Assembly: GCA_964016885.1 (NCBI GenBank)
Contig: OZ024765.1
Location: forward strand, 186,001-250,000
Source: Eledone cirrhosa
Taxonomy: Eukaryota
Length of the DNA: 64,000 nt
Direction: 5' to 3'
The stretch's first letter is position 1, and each line of letters starts with the position of its first letter. Below the pieces are notes generated by a model. The model was not told where the DNA came from, searched no databases, and saw only the letters and a list, made by a program, of their open reading frames with translations. The position numbers were made by a program, and so were the translations under genes. This document shows positions 16,334-31,774 of the stretch, piece by piece.

Positions 16334-16752
16334 ATATATATAAAGAGGGAGAAAGTAAAGACCAATAAGAAGGAAGCCGATGATGATTGATCAAGGCTAC
16401 TTCAATAGCAAGGCTCTTATATCTAATATCTATTCTTCCATTTCACAATCAATAAATATATTAAGAAAGCGAACGACAAAGATCTCTTTTTTTTTAGCGT
16501 ATGAATCGTCTTCTGTTCAACTGTGATACGGCTTATGTAATCTTGAGTATCATGCGAAATGAATGTTTTCAAGGCCTGACAGCATCTGGCCGTGAGGGTT
16601 AGAATGGATGTCAATAAAGCAGGCAGCAGAGAAGAGAATGATTGAAGAGACTGGATTGCGTATGTCATATCTTTTCGCCCTGACTATTTGTCTTCGAATT
16701 TCTTTAATACACACTCACACACACACACACAAACACACATATACACACACAT

Positions 16753-16803
<51 letters not shown>

Positions 16804-16977
16804 CATACACAAATGCACTCATACGCATACACACGCACATATATATATATATATATATACACACATACATAACCACATGCACTCATACACTCACACACAC
16901 ACATACACGCTCAATTATATATATATATATATACGTACATATATATCGATATATATGTATATATATATATATATATA

Positions 16978-17089
<112 letters not shown>

Positions 17090-17148
17090 AATATATATAT
17101 ATATATGAATATATATGTGTGTGTAAGTCCATGTGTGTAATTAGGTAA

Positions 17149-17183
<35 letters not shown>

Positions 17184-17195
17184 CATACATATATA

Positions 17196-17232
<37 letters not shown>

Positions 17233-17302
17233 GTGCGTGTGTCTGTGTGTTTGCTCGTATGTGTGCGTATAAAACTATATTTGTGCACATCTGTCACAGT
17301 AA

Positions 17303-17388
<86 letters not shown>

Positions 17389-17859
17389 ATGTGTATATAT
17401 ATGTATGTGTGTCTGTGTAACTTTAAAACGCAGTTAATGCGAAGAGACACGTGGAAATAAAGTCGCATATATTTGCAATATATTCAATCTTCGAACACAA
17501 TAGCTTTCTGGTAGTTAGATACTCTAAATTGTATATGATTACTTAAAGACTTAATCAGCAGAAAGACAGCACATATCGCATACGCATATTGCAGCTATCA
17601 TACACTGTAATACAAAAGCCTCCGAAGGCACAGAACCCTCACATCCCTTCGTAGGGAACTCTGCATGAAAGAACATAATAATAATAATGAAAAAAATGTC
17701 TATATTAAATGTGTATATATATATATATTCAAGCGTTAACCTAATATATCCATTCCATATACTGTACCGATCCTGTTGTTATTTCTGTTTACCATTTACA
17801 TACATATAATATATATATATATATATTTATATATACATATATTTGTATATACATATACT

Positions 17860-18063
<204 letters not shown>

Positions 18064-18088
18064 TTATATATATATATATATATATATA

Positions 18089-18164
<76 letters not shown>

Positions 18165-18451
18165 ATGTAGACAGGCTTCTACAGGACTAGAACTGTTTCA
18201 TTCCGGAGATATCATCAGGAAGCTGACTGTCCAAGTAATATGATGGTATTTATATCTTTTCTGGAGGTAGGAGAGGGTGGGGATTGGGATGGGTGGAGGT
18301 CATTGGTTGAAGGGTTTAAAGAAAAAGGAATTCTTTAAAAACTATATTTAGAGTAACAAAGGCAGAACAAATTCAGTAGACAGGTTCACACTGGGCTGGG
18401 AGCACTCCGGATTACCATTCTCTGGTTTCCCCCCATTGAACCCGGGATGAA

Positions 18452-18452
<1 letters not shown>
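18165..18452 (-). mobile_element. Penelope-like fragment (family of 57501) with inverted 3' end
   Basis: The minus strand reads gcttcCTGATGAtatctccggaatGAAAcagttctaGTC. The family's terminal motif (ggtttcccc..aacccggg) is at 18424-18452 in the opposite orientation. Confidence 0.55.
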
Positions 18453-18487
<35 letters not shown>

Positions 18488-18499
18488 TATATATATATA

Positions 18500-18998
<499 letters not shown>

Positions 18999-19569
18999 AT
19001 TAAATTTGATACACAGTCTTAGCAAACACTGTGTGGTCTTATTAAAACTGTTATTAGATTCACGCTTCATGGAATAGAAAAGGAAGTGATTTTGACGTAT
19101 CGGAAGTTAGTCTTTCATCAAAAAAAGAAAAAAAAAAGAATACAGACTCGAATTACAAGAGTAAATTAACGACATTTTTAAAAGACAACAACATCTCTTT
19201 ACTATTTTTACCAACCTAAACCATATATTCTATATTGTTGCCATATATGGACATTTTTTTGTCTGCTTAATTTAGATATTCTATAAATTTTTTCCTTTTT
19301 TTACTCATAATTTATTTTTTTGTCTGGTTTAAAAAAGAAATTTATTTCCGTATTTTTTTATGCTCATATTTTCTCACTACACCACCTCCTCTCTCCTCTA
19401 CACCACTCCACCATCTCTAAATATGATTTTTTTCTCATTTATATGTGATTTATGCCAAAATTGTGATATATAACAAACCAATAAAATGATATACTCTTCT
19501 GTGTGTATAAATATATAAATATGTATGTATATATATATTTATATATAAATACACACACACACACACACA

Positions 19570-19603
<34 letters not shown>

Positions 19604-19689
19604 AGATATAGATATATTAGGTGTGTGTGTGAATGTGTATGTTTCTATATATGTATGTATGTATGCATAGATATACACACACACACCTG

Positions 19690-19736
<47 letters not shown>

Positions 19737-19738
19737 TC

Positions 19739-19779
<41 letters not shown>

Positions 19780-19904
19780 ATTATTTATATATATATACAT
19801 ATAAATATGTGTGTGTGTGTGTGTATATATGTACATATATATGTGTGTGTGTGTTGTGTGTGAGTTAGTATATGTGTATATATACTGGTATATGTTCATA
19901 TACG

Positions 19905-19944
<40 letters not shown>

Positions 19945-19999
19945 CATATCTATATGTGAATATATACATGTATATATACACATATACATTCACGGATAA

Positions 20000-20084
<85 letters not shown>

Positions 20085-20396
20085 CCATACATATTTCACA
20101 TCTGTGGCATATCCATGTACATATGCTGTGCGGCCATGCATATGCAAATACATTTCGTAAAATTATCTGTCTGTATACGGCGTTTTTTTTAAATGTAGGT
20201 CGCTTTCATTTCACTACGAAGTGTTTTTGACTTGATCAAATACATAAATCACTCTTAGCTGTGATATCTCTGGTGACAGCCTCAAATTATTGACTTCATC
20301 ATCGAATCATCAACCTGTCCTGTAAACACGCCACTTGCTGGTCTAGAACGATCGGTGGTATATTTTCTATGACAGCGAATCACCAATGTGTGTATG

Positions 20397-20460
<64 letters not shown>

Positions 20461-20470
20461 TATATACATG

Positions 20471-20569
<99 letters not shown>

Positions 20570-20678
20570 ACATATATTTGATTATATATATATATATATG
20601 TATATATATAAATATATACATGTATATATATATATATTCACACATATATATATATAACTATATATATATATATAACTG

Positions 20679-20765
<87 letters not shown>

Positions 20766-20767
20766 AA

Positions 20768-20809
<42 letters not shown>

Positions 20810-20813
20810 CTAA

Positions 20814-20871
<58 letters not shown>

Positions 20872-20972
20872 TTCATTCAACGATTCTCAGCCATAAAACA
20901 AACATGTATATATATCATGAATAAGAATGACAGTTTTATTCGTACAACTTATTTTATTATTTAATTTCACTG

Positions 20973-21041
<69 letters not shown>

Positions 21042-21720
21042 CATATATATATATACATAACCATAAATAGTATCCTTAATACTATATATATATACATATA
21101 TATCATATATATATATAGAGAGAGATATATAAATACTCACATATATATATATATATATGTAGATATATATATATATATATATGTATATGTCTGTATACAC
21201 ATGATTCTTTAATTCGCACTCACACACACTTACACATATATACATATGTATATAATAGATATATAAATATATACATATATGTGTGTACATGTGTGCGTAT
21301 ATTCATATATACATATATATACATGCCTAAACTGGAAAAGTGATTTTCAACAAGTGAGATCTGAATATAAATATATTGTAGACATTAATATTTCTCTTAT
21401 TCAATTCCTGTTCTATTTCCCAGACATATTTCGAGTAATAATTTCACTGTAAGCGCTCATACGATTAACTAGTAATTTGGTGAATTAGAAGTGGCACTAA
21501 CTCATCAAGGTATATATGAACTCATACACTGGTAAGGCATTTTCAGGAGAGCTCGATAGCAGAATGTCTTTTGAGATGAGACCATCTCAGACAGACAGTC
21601 TCACAGACAAGCAATGTATCTATTATTGTAACGAACGGCTACATTTGTTATGTAAATCGAATTGACAAAAGACAAAGTTGACCCTGGCGAGATTTGAACT
21701 GAAAACCCATCGAGACGTTT

Positions 21721-22830
21721 ATTTATTTGAAAGTAGGTTTATAAATCTCAATTTTCAGTAGGTAATTGTAGCCGTCTCTGTGGTCTAGTGGATGGAATTA
21801 GAGACGGTGGATATCCTGGTCTGGAGTTTAAACCTGGCAAGGTTCAACACTGAACTTTTTCAGTTTTGATTTTGAAATAAAAATAGAAAAAGTTTAGGCC
21901 AGGATTGAACCCCAGACCAGTATTTCCACCGTCTCTAATACCTCCCAGTAGGCCACAGAGACTGCTACAAATAACTATTGAAAATTGATATATATAAACC
22001 TACTTTCAAAACTCCAGCAAGAAGAGATGTAGTGTTGTTTTTTCCACCAATTTTGACGATTAAGTAAAGACAGAATTATCATTCTGGAGATTTCCATTTG
22101 GAGAATTTAAGCCTTAAATTTAAATAGTTATATACTAATTTATTTGAAATAGGTTTATAAATATGAATTTTCAATAGTTATATATAGCGGTCTCTGTGGC
22201 GCAGTGAGAAGTATTAGAGACGGTGGAGATCCCGGTCTGGAGTTCAAACCTGGCCTATATCTTTTTCAATTTTGATTTTGAAATAAAAATAGAAAAAGTT
22301 TAGGCTAGGATTGAACCCCAGACCAGTATTTCCACCGTCTCTAATACCTCCCAGTAGGCCACAGAGACTGCTACAAATAACTATTGAAAATTGATATATA
22401 TAAACCTACTTTCAAAACTCCAGCAAAAAAAGATTTAGTGTTGTTTTTTTCACCAATTTTGACGATTTAGTAAAGACAGAATTATCATTCTGCAGATTTC
22501 TATTTGGAGAATTTAAGCCTTAAATTTAAATAGTTATATACTAATTTATTTGAAATAGGTTTATAAATACCAATTTTCAGTAGTTAAATATAGCGGTCTC
22601 TGTGGCGCAGTGGGAAGTATTAGAGACGGTGAAGATCCCGGTCTGGAGTTCAAACCTGGCCTATACATTAAACTTTTTTCAGTTTTGATTTTGATATAAA
22701 AATAGAAAAAAGCTAATTTTGAACCCCAGACCAGGATATCCACCGTCTCCTATACCTCCCACTCGACCACAGCGACTGACACAAATAACTACTGAAAATT
22801 GATATATATAAACCTACTTTCAAAATCTCA
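21721..22830. repeat. ~410-bp tandem repeat (~2.7 units), each unit an inverted pair of tRNA-like Pol III modules
   Basis: atttatttgaaa recurs at 21721, 22138 and 22544. Each unit has ~120-bp inverted arms containing A-box-like (TGGCGCAGTGG/TGGTCTAGTGG) and B-box-like (GTTCAAACC/GGTTCAATCC) motifs followed by T-runs. Confidence 0.85.
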
Positions 22831-22942
22831 GTAAAAAGAGATGACAAACACACAGACATGCACATAGACAGAAAGACAGACATACACACAAACAGGCAGA
22901 CACATAGACAGGCACCTTGACATATAGACAGACAGATAGATA

Positions 22943-25920
22943 TATTTCTTTTATTTGCCACTAGGGCATCAAAAGTGGGACAAGTACAAAGGGGGGAGTT
23001 TACACAAAAAGGCGTCCTCAATAAGGAGAAGGCAATAACAAAATATAAAAATAAAATAAGATATAACAAAAAATAAAATTTTTAACAAAATCCTCAATAG
23101 AGAGGAGGCGCCTTGGGGGGTCGCACACACCCCCGAAAAAAGTGTGCAACCCTTCTCCTCAGGAGCACAGAGAAGGGGTGCTCCCTTGGTCTTTTATCTT
23201 CCTCACCTATAGTCTGATGTAGAGTGAAGGCCCATTCACACGGGCCATTCTCGCCACTTTCACCCATCTTTCATAGAAACGGCTGGGGTGCAGCACCTCT
23301 CTCTCCATCCTGATCCTTCTTCCGAAATGATATCGGAAGAAACGGACCAGTTGTTGGCCAGAGAGAAAGGTGCCCGACCTCAGTCCTTTCAGACGCGTCC
23401 ACCATACAACCTCTTTCGCCATGGCTATTACGCACAGAAACACCGCCTCTGCTTCATCTTTGAAGGGGGGAGGCGGCTTGATCATTACAATAGACTCGGT
23501 GGTCAACCGGATCGGTCCCACCCTTGACAGCAGTTGTTCGACATAGCCCCACAGATCGGCTACGCCCGAGCAGTGTACTAATGCGTGTGCAACGGTTTCC
23601 TCGTCGCACACGCATCTGGGACAGATCTTTTTGGCGGGGTCCCTACCCGGGCGCCCGTGTCTGTAGAGCCTTTCTCGAACGGGTAAAGCCCCTCGGTAGC
23701 ACTGCCAGGCCAGGGACTTCTGGAAGTTGTCCATAGGTCCCGGGCTGAATGTCCTACCGAACAGGCTGGCCAGTTCGTCCTCCTCCATGTCTAGGGCTTC
23801 TCCGAGGGCGTCGTCGCACCTGCTGCGTACCAGCCCTCTATAGAATGTTGCGGTGGAGTCTCCACTGATAACCGGATCCGCCTGCCAGAGGGCGGTGAGC
23901 GCCTGGGCACACTCAGTGTGCCAGGCGCCCAGTTTTCTCGGTCTTTGCTTGACCCAGGATTGCAGCTCGGTGAGTGAGACGAGTTTGGGAAAGGTTCGTC
24001 TCACAAACGAGGCCCACACCGGTTGTCCGGTGAGGAATACGTAGAGGTGCCGTAGCCTTAATGCGTGTTTACGCATCATTAGCCACGGCATCCCCAGCCC
24101 TCCTTTCGAAGGGTGTTGACAGCAGATGGATCTCCTCACCATAGGAGCCCGCCTCTTCCAAAGGAATTGGAAGAGCGCGCGCTCCATCTTGGTGAGGGTT
24201 TCCCTTGGGCAGGGCACTACGGTCAGGCGGTAGTAGATGACGGACGCTATGTAGGTGTTCGCCACCTCCGCCCGACCTTTCAGGGATAGTTTGCAACTGG
24301 CCCACTTCTGGGTCAGTGCAAACACCCTGTTCGTAACCTCCGCCCAGTTTTTCTCCACCTGGAGGTCCGGTCCGAACCAGACCCCGAGCAACTTCACCGG
24401 GCCCTCCGTCCAGCGTCCGACGACGCTATCGGAGGGCATCGGTCTGCCCCTCCACGTGCCGAGTTGCAAACCGATCGACTTGTCCCGGTTCAGCTTAGCC
24501 CCTGTGAACTTTTCGTACTCCTCCAGTAAGGTGCCGACCGCCTCGATTTCGGAGGCCGTCGACACCATTACTGTCACGTCATCGGCGTAGGCCGACACCG
24601 CTTTCCGCAATCCCGGTTCCAAAGGGATGCCCTGCAACAACTCCAACTTCCGCAGTAGTGGCTCGAGAGTCAACACATACAGAAGGGAGGAGAGAGGGCA
24701 CCCTTGTCGGATGGACCGCGCGATTTTGAACGGCTCCGAGAGGTAGCCGTTCACCTTGACCCTAGAGCAGATGCGGCTGCTGTGCATAGCAGTGATCCAG
24801 CCCCTGAAAACGGGTCCGAAGCCTGCCGCCGCTAGCACCGCATCCAGGTAACCATGGTCGACCCTATCGAACGCCTTAGATTGATCCAAGTTGATCAGAG
24901 CCCCACCAAAGCCGGGTTCGTTCCCAACCCTCTCTATGATGTATCGCATGAGGTGGAGGTTGTCATGGATGGACCTGGACGGGATAGCGCATGTCTGCGC
25001 ATCTCCCACCAGGTTGCCCACGACAAGCGCCAACCTCTTTGCTAGCACCTTGGCCAAAATCTGTAACTCTGTATTTAGCAGTGTTATGGGCCTGAAGTTA
25101 CTTATTTCGTCCCCCTTGTTCTCGTCCTTCCTCACTAGCGTGACTACGCCCTTGGTCACAGTACAGGGAATTCTCCCGTTCTGTTGCCAGTTGCAGTAGA
25201 CCGCCTCGAGGAGATCGGGGAACAAGTCCGGCATAGCTAGATATAATTCGTAAGGAAGACCATCGAGACCCGGGGATTTGCGTTTGCCGCATTGGCTCAG
25301 CACGTCCTCTATCTCAGCGGCCGAAATCGGCTCCTCGCAGGACTTCGCCTCCCTGTCCGAGAGGCGCGGCAGGCCGTCGAGGTATGGACCGAAGTCCACG
25401 TTCCCAACCGGCTCCCCGCCCCTCCCGAACAGTCGGGCAAAGTGCCTTTGAAAGGCCTCACACATCTGCTTAGGCTCAAGAATCGCCCGTCCATCCAGGT
25501 CTTGCAAAGACCGGATGGTGGATTTAGTTCCACTGTTGGCCTCTGTCACGCGGGCCCAGCTAACAGCTTTGGTCCCCTCGTTCCCTAGAGCACGTATTTT
25601 ACTTCGGACAACGCAGCCTTCGTGCTTCGCGTCGAAAAACTGGCTCAACGCCGTTCTCGACGCTAGCACTCTGGCCACGTCGCCGCTTCTAATTGCCTCT
25701 TCTACTCTATCTATTAGCTCCCTTTCCTTCCTATTCCTATCCGCAGCTAGAACCTTACTAAATTCTATCGAGACTACTCTAATCTCTCTCTTTAGAGATA
25801 CCCACCACCTGCTGTTGACGATCGCTCCAGTCAACCGTTCCTTAACTAACGTACTAATCCGATTCCTGTAGGCTCTACTTGCCGGCAAGGACAAGTTGAG
25901 CTTCCAGTAACCGGGGCCCT
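22943..25920 (-). mobile_element. 5'-truncated Tx1/L1-clade non-LTR retrotransposon (RT, C-terminal CCHC, 3' UTR) with 16-bp TSD
   Basis: GC-rich island in AT-rich DNA with the RT ORF below. The 3' UTR (22943-23206) ends AATAAAAGAAATA. GACAGACAGATAGATA occurs directly on both sides (22927-22942 and 25921-25936). Confidence 0.95.
23207..25920 (-). CDS. Partial LINE ORF2: post-endonuclease linker, reverse transcriptase and zinc knuckle; the APE endonuclease is lost by truncation
   Basis: Motifs GPGYWKLN, KSPGLDGLPYELY, FRPITLLNTE, LDQSKAFDRVDH, RQGCPLS, YADDV, KLLGV, GGLGMP and CPRC-x8-H-x4-C, with no stops or frameshifts. The track's extension to 26041 is only read-through into flanking microsatellite. 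Confidence 0.93.
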
Positions 25921-26351
25921 GACAGACAGATAGATAGCCAGAGAGACAGACAGACACACACACACACAGATAGATATACAGACAGACAGACACAGACACA
26001 TACACACACACATACAAACAGACAGACACACAGGCAGACAAAAAGCAAAAAAAAAAATGAAAAAAAAGACTAAAGAGAACAGCCTACATTTATTACAACT
26101 TATGATGTAGTTCAATTTATCCCGATCGATTACTATTGATAGGAAGACAGTTATTGGTACAAAGAATTTCAATATAAAAAATTGGATTTTTAAAGCCCAT
26201 GCCGGAGTTACATAATCTATTTATGACATGACTTTACGGAAATATTGATTCATATATTCGATCGGTCGCTTTAACGTAATCGATATTATTCTGAGACACC
26301 GTAATGTCAAAATAACAATCTTCAATAATGATAATGATTATAATAATAAAA

Positions 26352-27140
26352 CATGGAACTGGTTAAAAAGAGGAGACCTTAAAAAAGCTACAGAAGGAAT
26401 GCTAATGGCTGCGCAAGAGCAGGCCCTCAAAACAAAGTGGTTGCAACACCATATTTACAAGGAGGAGGGTAGCCCACTGTGTAGGATCTGTGGAGAGAGA
26501 GAGAGTAGACTGTGGCTTACATTGTATCCGAGTGTAAACACCTAGCCCAGACTCACTATAAGGGCTGAAGGCATGATGTGATAGGCAGGGTGATCCACTG
26601 GCATCTATGCAAAGTAAACAATTTACCACATTCTGAGAAGTGGTATGAGCATAAGCCAGAGGCGGTGATAGAAAACGATCAGGTGAAGGTGCTGTGGGAT
26701 TTTAGGATACAGACGGACAAGAAACTGGAACACAATAGACCTGACCTGGTGGGTTTGGACAAGGAAAAAAGATCATGCCTGATTGTAGATGTAGCCTGCC
26801 CATTTGACACGAGAGTGCAAGAAAAGGAGAGGGAGAAAATTAACCAATACCAGGACTTAAAGTGGGAGGTAAAAAGGATTTGGAACTGCCATGAAGACAA
26901 TGTCGTCCCTATTGTCATAGGCGCACTAGGTACTATCTCAAAGAGTTTCCAAGGATGGTTAAAGAAAATTAGTCCAGTCCCGCTTTTTGGAACGCTTCAA
27001 AATGCATGCTTGCTGGGAACAGCAAGAACCCTCCGATACGTCCTGAATATCTGAGGCTGAAGGTAGCGGCTTGATATTTATGTGAACCAACTTTCCAGTT
27101 AACTAACATCAATGACTGAGACTCAAGGAAAAAAAAAAAA
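26352..27140 (+). mobile_element. 5'-truncated, decayed R4/Dong-like non-LTR retrotransposon (zinc finger and restriction-like endonuclease)
   Basis: TWNWLKRGDLKKATEGMLMAAQEQAL..CRICG (frameshift) ..IVSECKHLA..RHD, then HNRPDLV..LIVDVACP..EKINQYQDL..VVPIVIGALG (PD-D..K type endonuclease), with the stop at 27054. It ends in an A-run/TAA tail and is flanked by TAA-rich tracts. Confidence 0.88.
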
Positions 27141-27154
27141 ATAATAATGGTAAT

Positions 27155-27281
27155 AATTGTTTCTACTTTAGGCACAAGGCCAGCAATTTTGGGGGAAGGG
27201 AAAGTCGAATAAATAAACCTCAGTACATTACTGGTACTTTATTTTATAAACCAGTGTATTACTGGTACTTTATTTTCTCGA
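27155..27281 (-). mobile_element. SINE 3' portion (same family)
   Basis: attgtttctactttaggcacaaggccagcaatt...actggtactttatttt as at 4450. Confidence 0.75.
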
Positions 27282-27626
27282 TGATGATGATGATGATGGT
27301 ATATAATGTTAGCTATATAATCACACCGTATACCTGTGCCGTATCTAGCAGTGATGGCTGTTCTTTCACCTCCTTCATTAAATACGATTATTGCCAATAA
27401 TTTAATTAGTATTCCTTAATTAATGCAATTTATTATGAATGTAGTTGAGTGTAAACAACAGCTAGAAAACAACAACAACAACATTAGCAGTAAGAACAAC
27501 AGGAATAGCAACAACAACAACAACAACAGCACCCACATCATCAACATCAATAGTGTCAACACCAACGACTACCATCAAAAACATCCATATACATCCATAT
27601 ACATCCATATACATCCATATACATCC

Positions 27627-27724
<98 letters not shown>

Positions 27725-27744
27725 ATATATATATATATATGAAT

Positions 27745-27802
<58 letters not shown>

Positions 27803-27824
27803 TTGTATATATATATATATAAAT

Positions 27825-27956
<132 letters not shown>

Positions 27957-27985
27957 TATACATACATTCATATATAAATATATAA

Positions 27986-28078
<93 letters not shown>

Positions 28079-28206
28079 TTATAGTAGTAGTAGTAGTAAT
28101 TTAACGGCCATACGGAAAAATTACTTTCGTGTTTCGGAACTGCGAAAATATAACGCAAATGCTCCTGGCAGAAACATTACTGCATGAAAAGGTTTGTGTG
28201 AATGTT

Positions 28207-28314
<108 letters not shown>

Positions 28315-28632
28315 CAAAGGCATATTTAATCTGTTGGTAATTCAAAAAATATATATATTCATAACAAATTCGAAGCACTCGACAGGTTTCTGCAGTATAA
28401 TAACAGTGATATTAAATATTAATATATATAAATATATATATATGATATTTATATACATGTGTGAATGTATATATAATATATATATATATACATATATAAA
28501 TCCATGTTTGTATATTTACACACACACACACACATATATATATATATTAGATATATATATTAGATATATTTATATACTAATGTATATCTAAATATATATA
28601 TTAATATATTTATAACTATGTATGCACAAACA

Positions 28633-28688
<56 letters not shown>

Positions 28689-28763
28689 AATATATATATA
28701 TACATATATATACACACATATATTACACACATACATTCGTATATATGTGTTCCTGAGAAAGAA

Positions 28764-28840
<77 letters not shown>

Positions 28841-29382
28841 GGAAAAAGGGCAGGGATATTGAAAGATAGTTGGCAGGAACTTGTGACAGGGTTCATGCAA
28901 AGGGGAAATAATTTCATCTTCTCTTACTTGAAAATAAGCAGGTGAATCTTTCTATGGGATAGAAGAAGTATTGATGTAAGAGATTTTAATACGTTTTAAA
29001 GCAGAACTGTAGAAATAAATGTTCTGAGAAAGCTCCCATGTTATTTCACAACATCGAGACGAGAAACTAAACAGATGCCGCCCTCATCCGGATCTATTTT
29101 CTTTGGTGACACTTGTAAAACACGTTTTACTATTCAGCGCCATTTTGTTTTCTTTTTATTTTGCGCTATACTTTATTTCTTTGCGTTCAGAGCTTCAATT
29201 TTTTTTCCTTCAATATTTTTTTTCGCTAAGTTATTTACGAACTTCTCGGCTAACTTAATTTTTTATTTTCTAGTGTAAAGGAGTATAAAGTCTGAATATT
29301 TTGTTTATATATATAAATATAAACATATATGCTTATATACATATATATATATATATAACTACATACACACACACACACACCC

Positions 29383-29414
<32 letters not shown>

Positions 29415-29532
29415 AGTTATATAACTATATTTTGATTGCTTGTATTTTAAGATGTATTTCAACGAAAGTGGTGAAAACACCTCGCTTGAGATAATTCTAA
29501 AAGAGCAAAAGAACATTTGTCTACACACACAC

Positions 29533-29603
<71 letters not shown>

Positions 29604-29896
29604 GTATATAAGTATGTGTGCGTATGTATATATTTTCTTACATAAGCTATATATAGCGGTGCATACACATATGTGCGTATATTATGTAATATAGGAATAT
29701 AATGATTTGAATATGTGAGCACACATAGAGGTACACGTATATATATGAAATTATTCATAAATATACACACACACATACATATCTATATATATATATCTAT
29801 GTTTGGTATAAATAGTTTTTTGAACACGAATATATGAAAAAAATCAAAATATCACACATATTATGTATATACACATACTCACGTACACGTACAAAG

Positions 29897-29965
<69 letters not shown>

Positions 29966-30018
29966 TGAATATATGTAGTACACATATGTACATTTATATG
30001 TATGTATATATATATATA

Positions 30019-30096
<78 letters not shown>

Positions 30097-30194
30097 TGTA
30101 TATACATTTATATATGCATATATATATATATATATACATTGAATATATGTAGTACAAATATGTACATTTATATGTATGTATATATATATATATA

Positions 30195-30244
<50 letters not shown>

Positions 30245-30265
30245 TGTATATACATTTATATATGC

Positions 30266-30318
<53 letters not shown>

Positions 30319-30433
30319 TATATATGTATATATATACATATATACAACTCTATATATATATATACACGCACATATAAATGTATTAATATATATTGATATC
30401 CACACACACACACTCAGACACACTCACACACAC

Positions 30434-30472
<39 letters not shown>

Positions 30473-30475
30473 ACC

Positions 30476-30508
<33 letters not shown>

Positions 30509-30729
30509 TATACACACACCGATACACACACATATTCACAGACATACATATAGATATATATATTTCCTTTGAGTGCCTATCAGACCCGAAAGCGATAAAG
30601 GTAGTTTATGTTATTTGAAGCGTGGACATTCTTTTGATTCGCAGTCAGAATGTACCTCGGCTATTGCGAAGCACTGATTTGCAACTTGAAAAATATATGA
30701 ACAAAATAAATGGGGCATAAATATGTATG

Positions 30730-30796
<67 letters not shown>

Positions 30797-31042
30797 ACAG
30801 ATATTGATGTACACAAACTCAGACATATTTCGAAAATTTTTATTAACGTATGCGCAAGTAAAAATGTATATAGATATAAACAAACATACACACATATATA
30901 TCTATATATATATATATATAGACATGCATACATATGTATGTATGTACACAAACATACATACGTATATATAACAGACCTATATATATATATATATATATAA
31001 CTCTATTACATGTTGCAGCCGATAGATATGTTGAGGTTGTAA

Positions 31043-31151
<109 letters not shown>

Positions 31152-31152
31152 C

Positions 31153-31232
31153 TACGAGGGTCGACTGACAACTTCATAGACTGACCAAGATACTGCCATG
31201 GAGTGATCAAATTAGGTTTATGTTTTCAACAT
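31153..31232 (+). mobile_element. Mariner-type transposon end fragment
   Basis: Begins TACGAGGG.. at a TA, the typical mariner TIR start. No transposase is seen. Confidence 0.55.
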
Positions 31233-31774
31233 AAATTAATAATTTTGTGGTCGAAATTTGAATAAATCTTCTAGACTACTGAGTTATCGGTTCCAAATTT
31301 GGTCCTAAATCATGACCGTTCTTACCTTGAGTGGTTTGATTATGAAATGTGCCTCACGTATAAATAAGATCTGTATATGTAGTTAAATTGATATTAAGTT
31401 TCCGTCGTAAATTGAATAAGAACTTCAGCGTGATCCATTTATTTTAAGTGGTATCGCATTAATCATACCCATTCAAGTGAAATAACTAATGACACTCACA
31501 ACACAAATGTTTATAAGATAATTTACATTACGTAGAAACGACACTGTCATTGTGAAGGACATAAACGAATAGTGGATCTGAAGATGGTTGATGGAAGAAA
31601 CCACTTCTAATTATACTCATATCCTACTTATATATATTGCTGTAAGATATAAGGATTTCTCTAAGACCTCAATTCATTCAAATATTTTCAGAGTGAGTGT
31701 AAATTTATTTTCAATGGATACATTTCAACTGAGAAGTACTTAAGAGTCATTTCCATATATCCATGATTCAGTAG

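Noticed and set aside
21770-22780. Functional tRNA genes
   Set aside because: A and B boxes are present, but no acceptor or anticodon cloverleaf can be drawn.
23288-25871. Plus-strand and alternative-frame ORFs overlapping the LINE
   Set aside because: They are antisense or shadow ORFs of a GC-rich coding sequence.
25921-26041. N-terminal 40 aa of the 944-aa ORF
   Set aside because: It lies in and beyond the TSD, in (GACA)/(CA) microsatellite, and is not part of the element.
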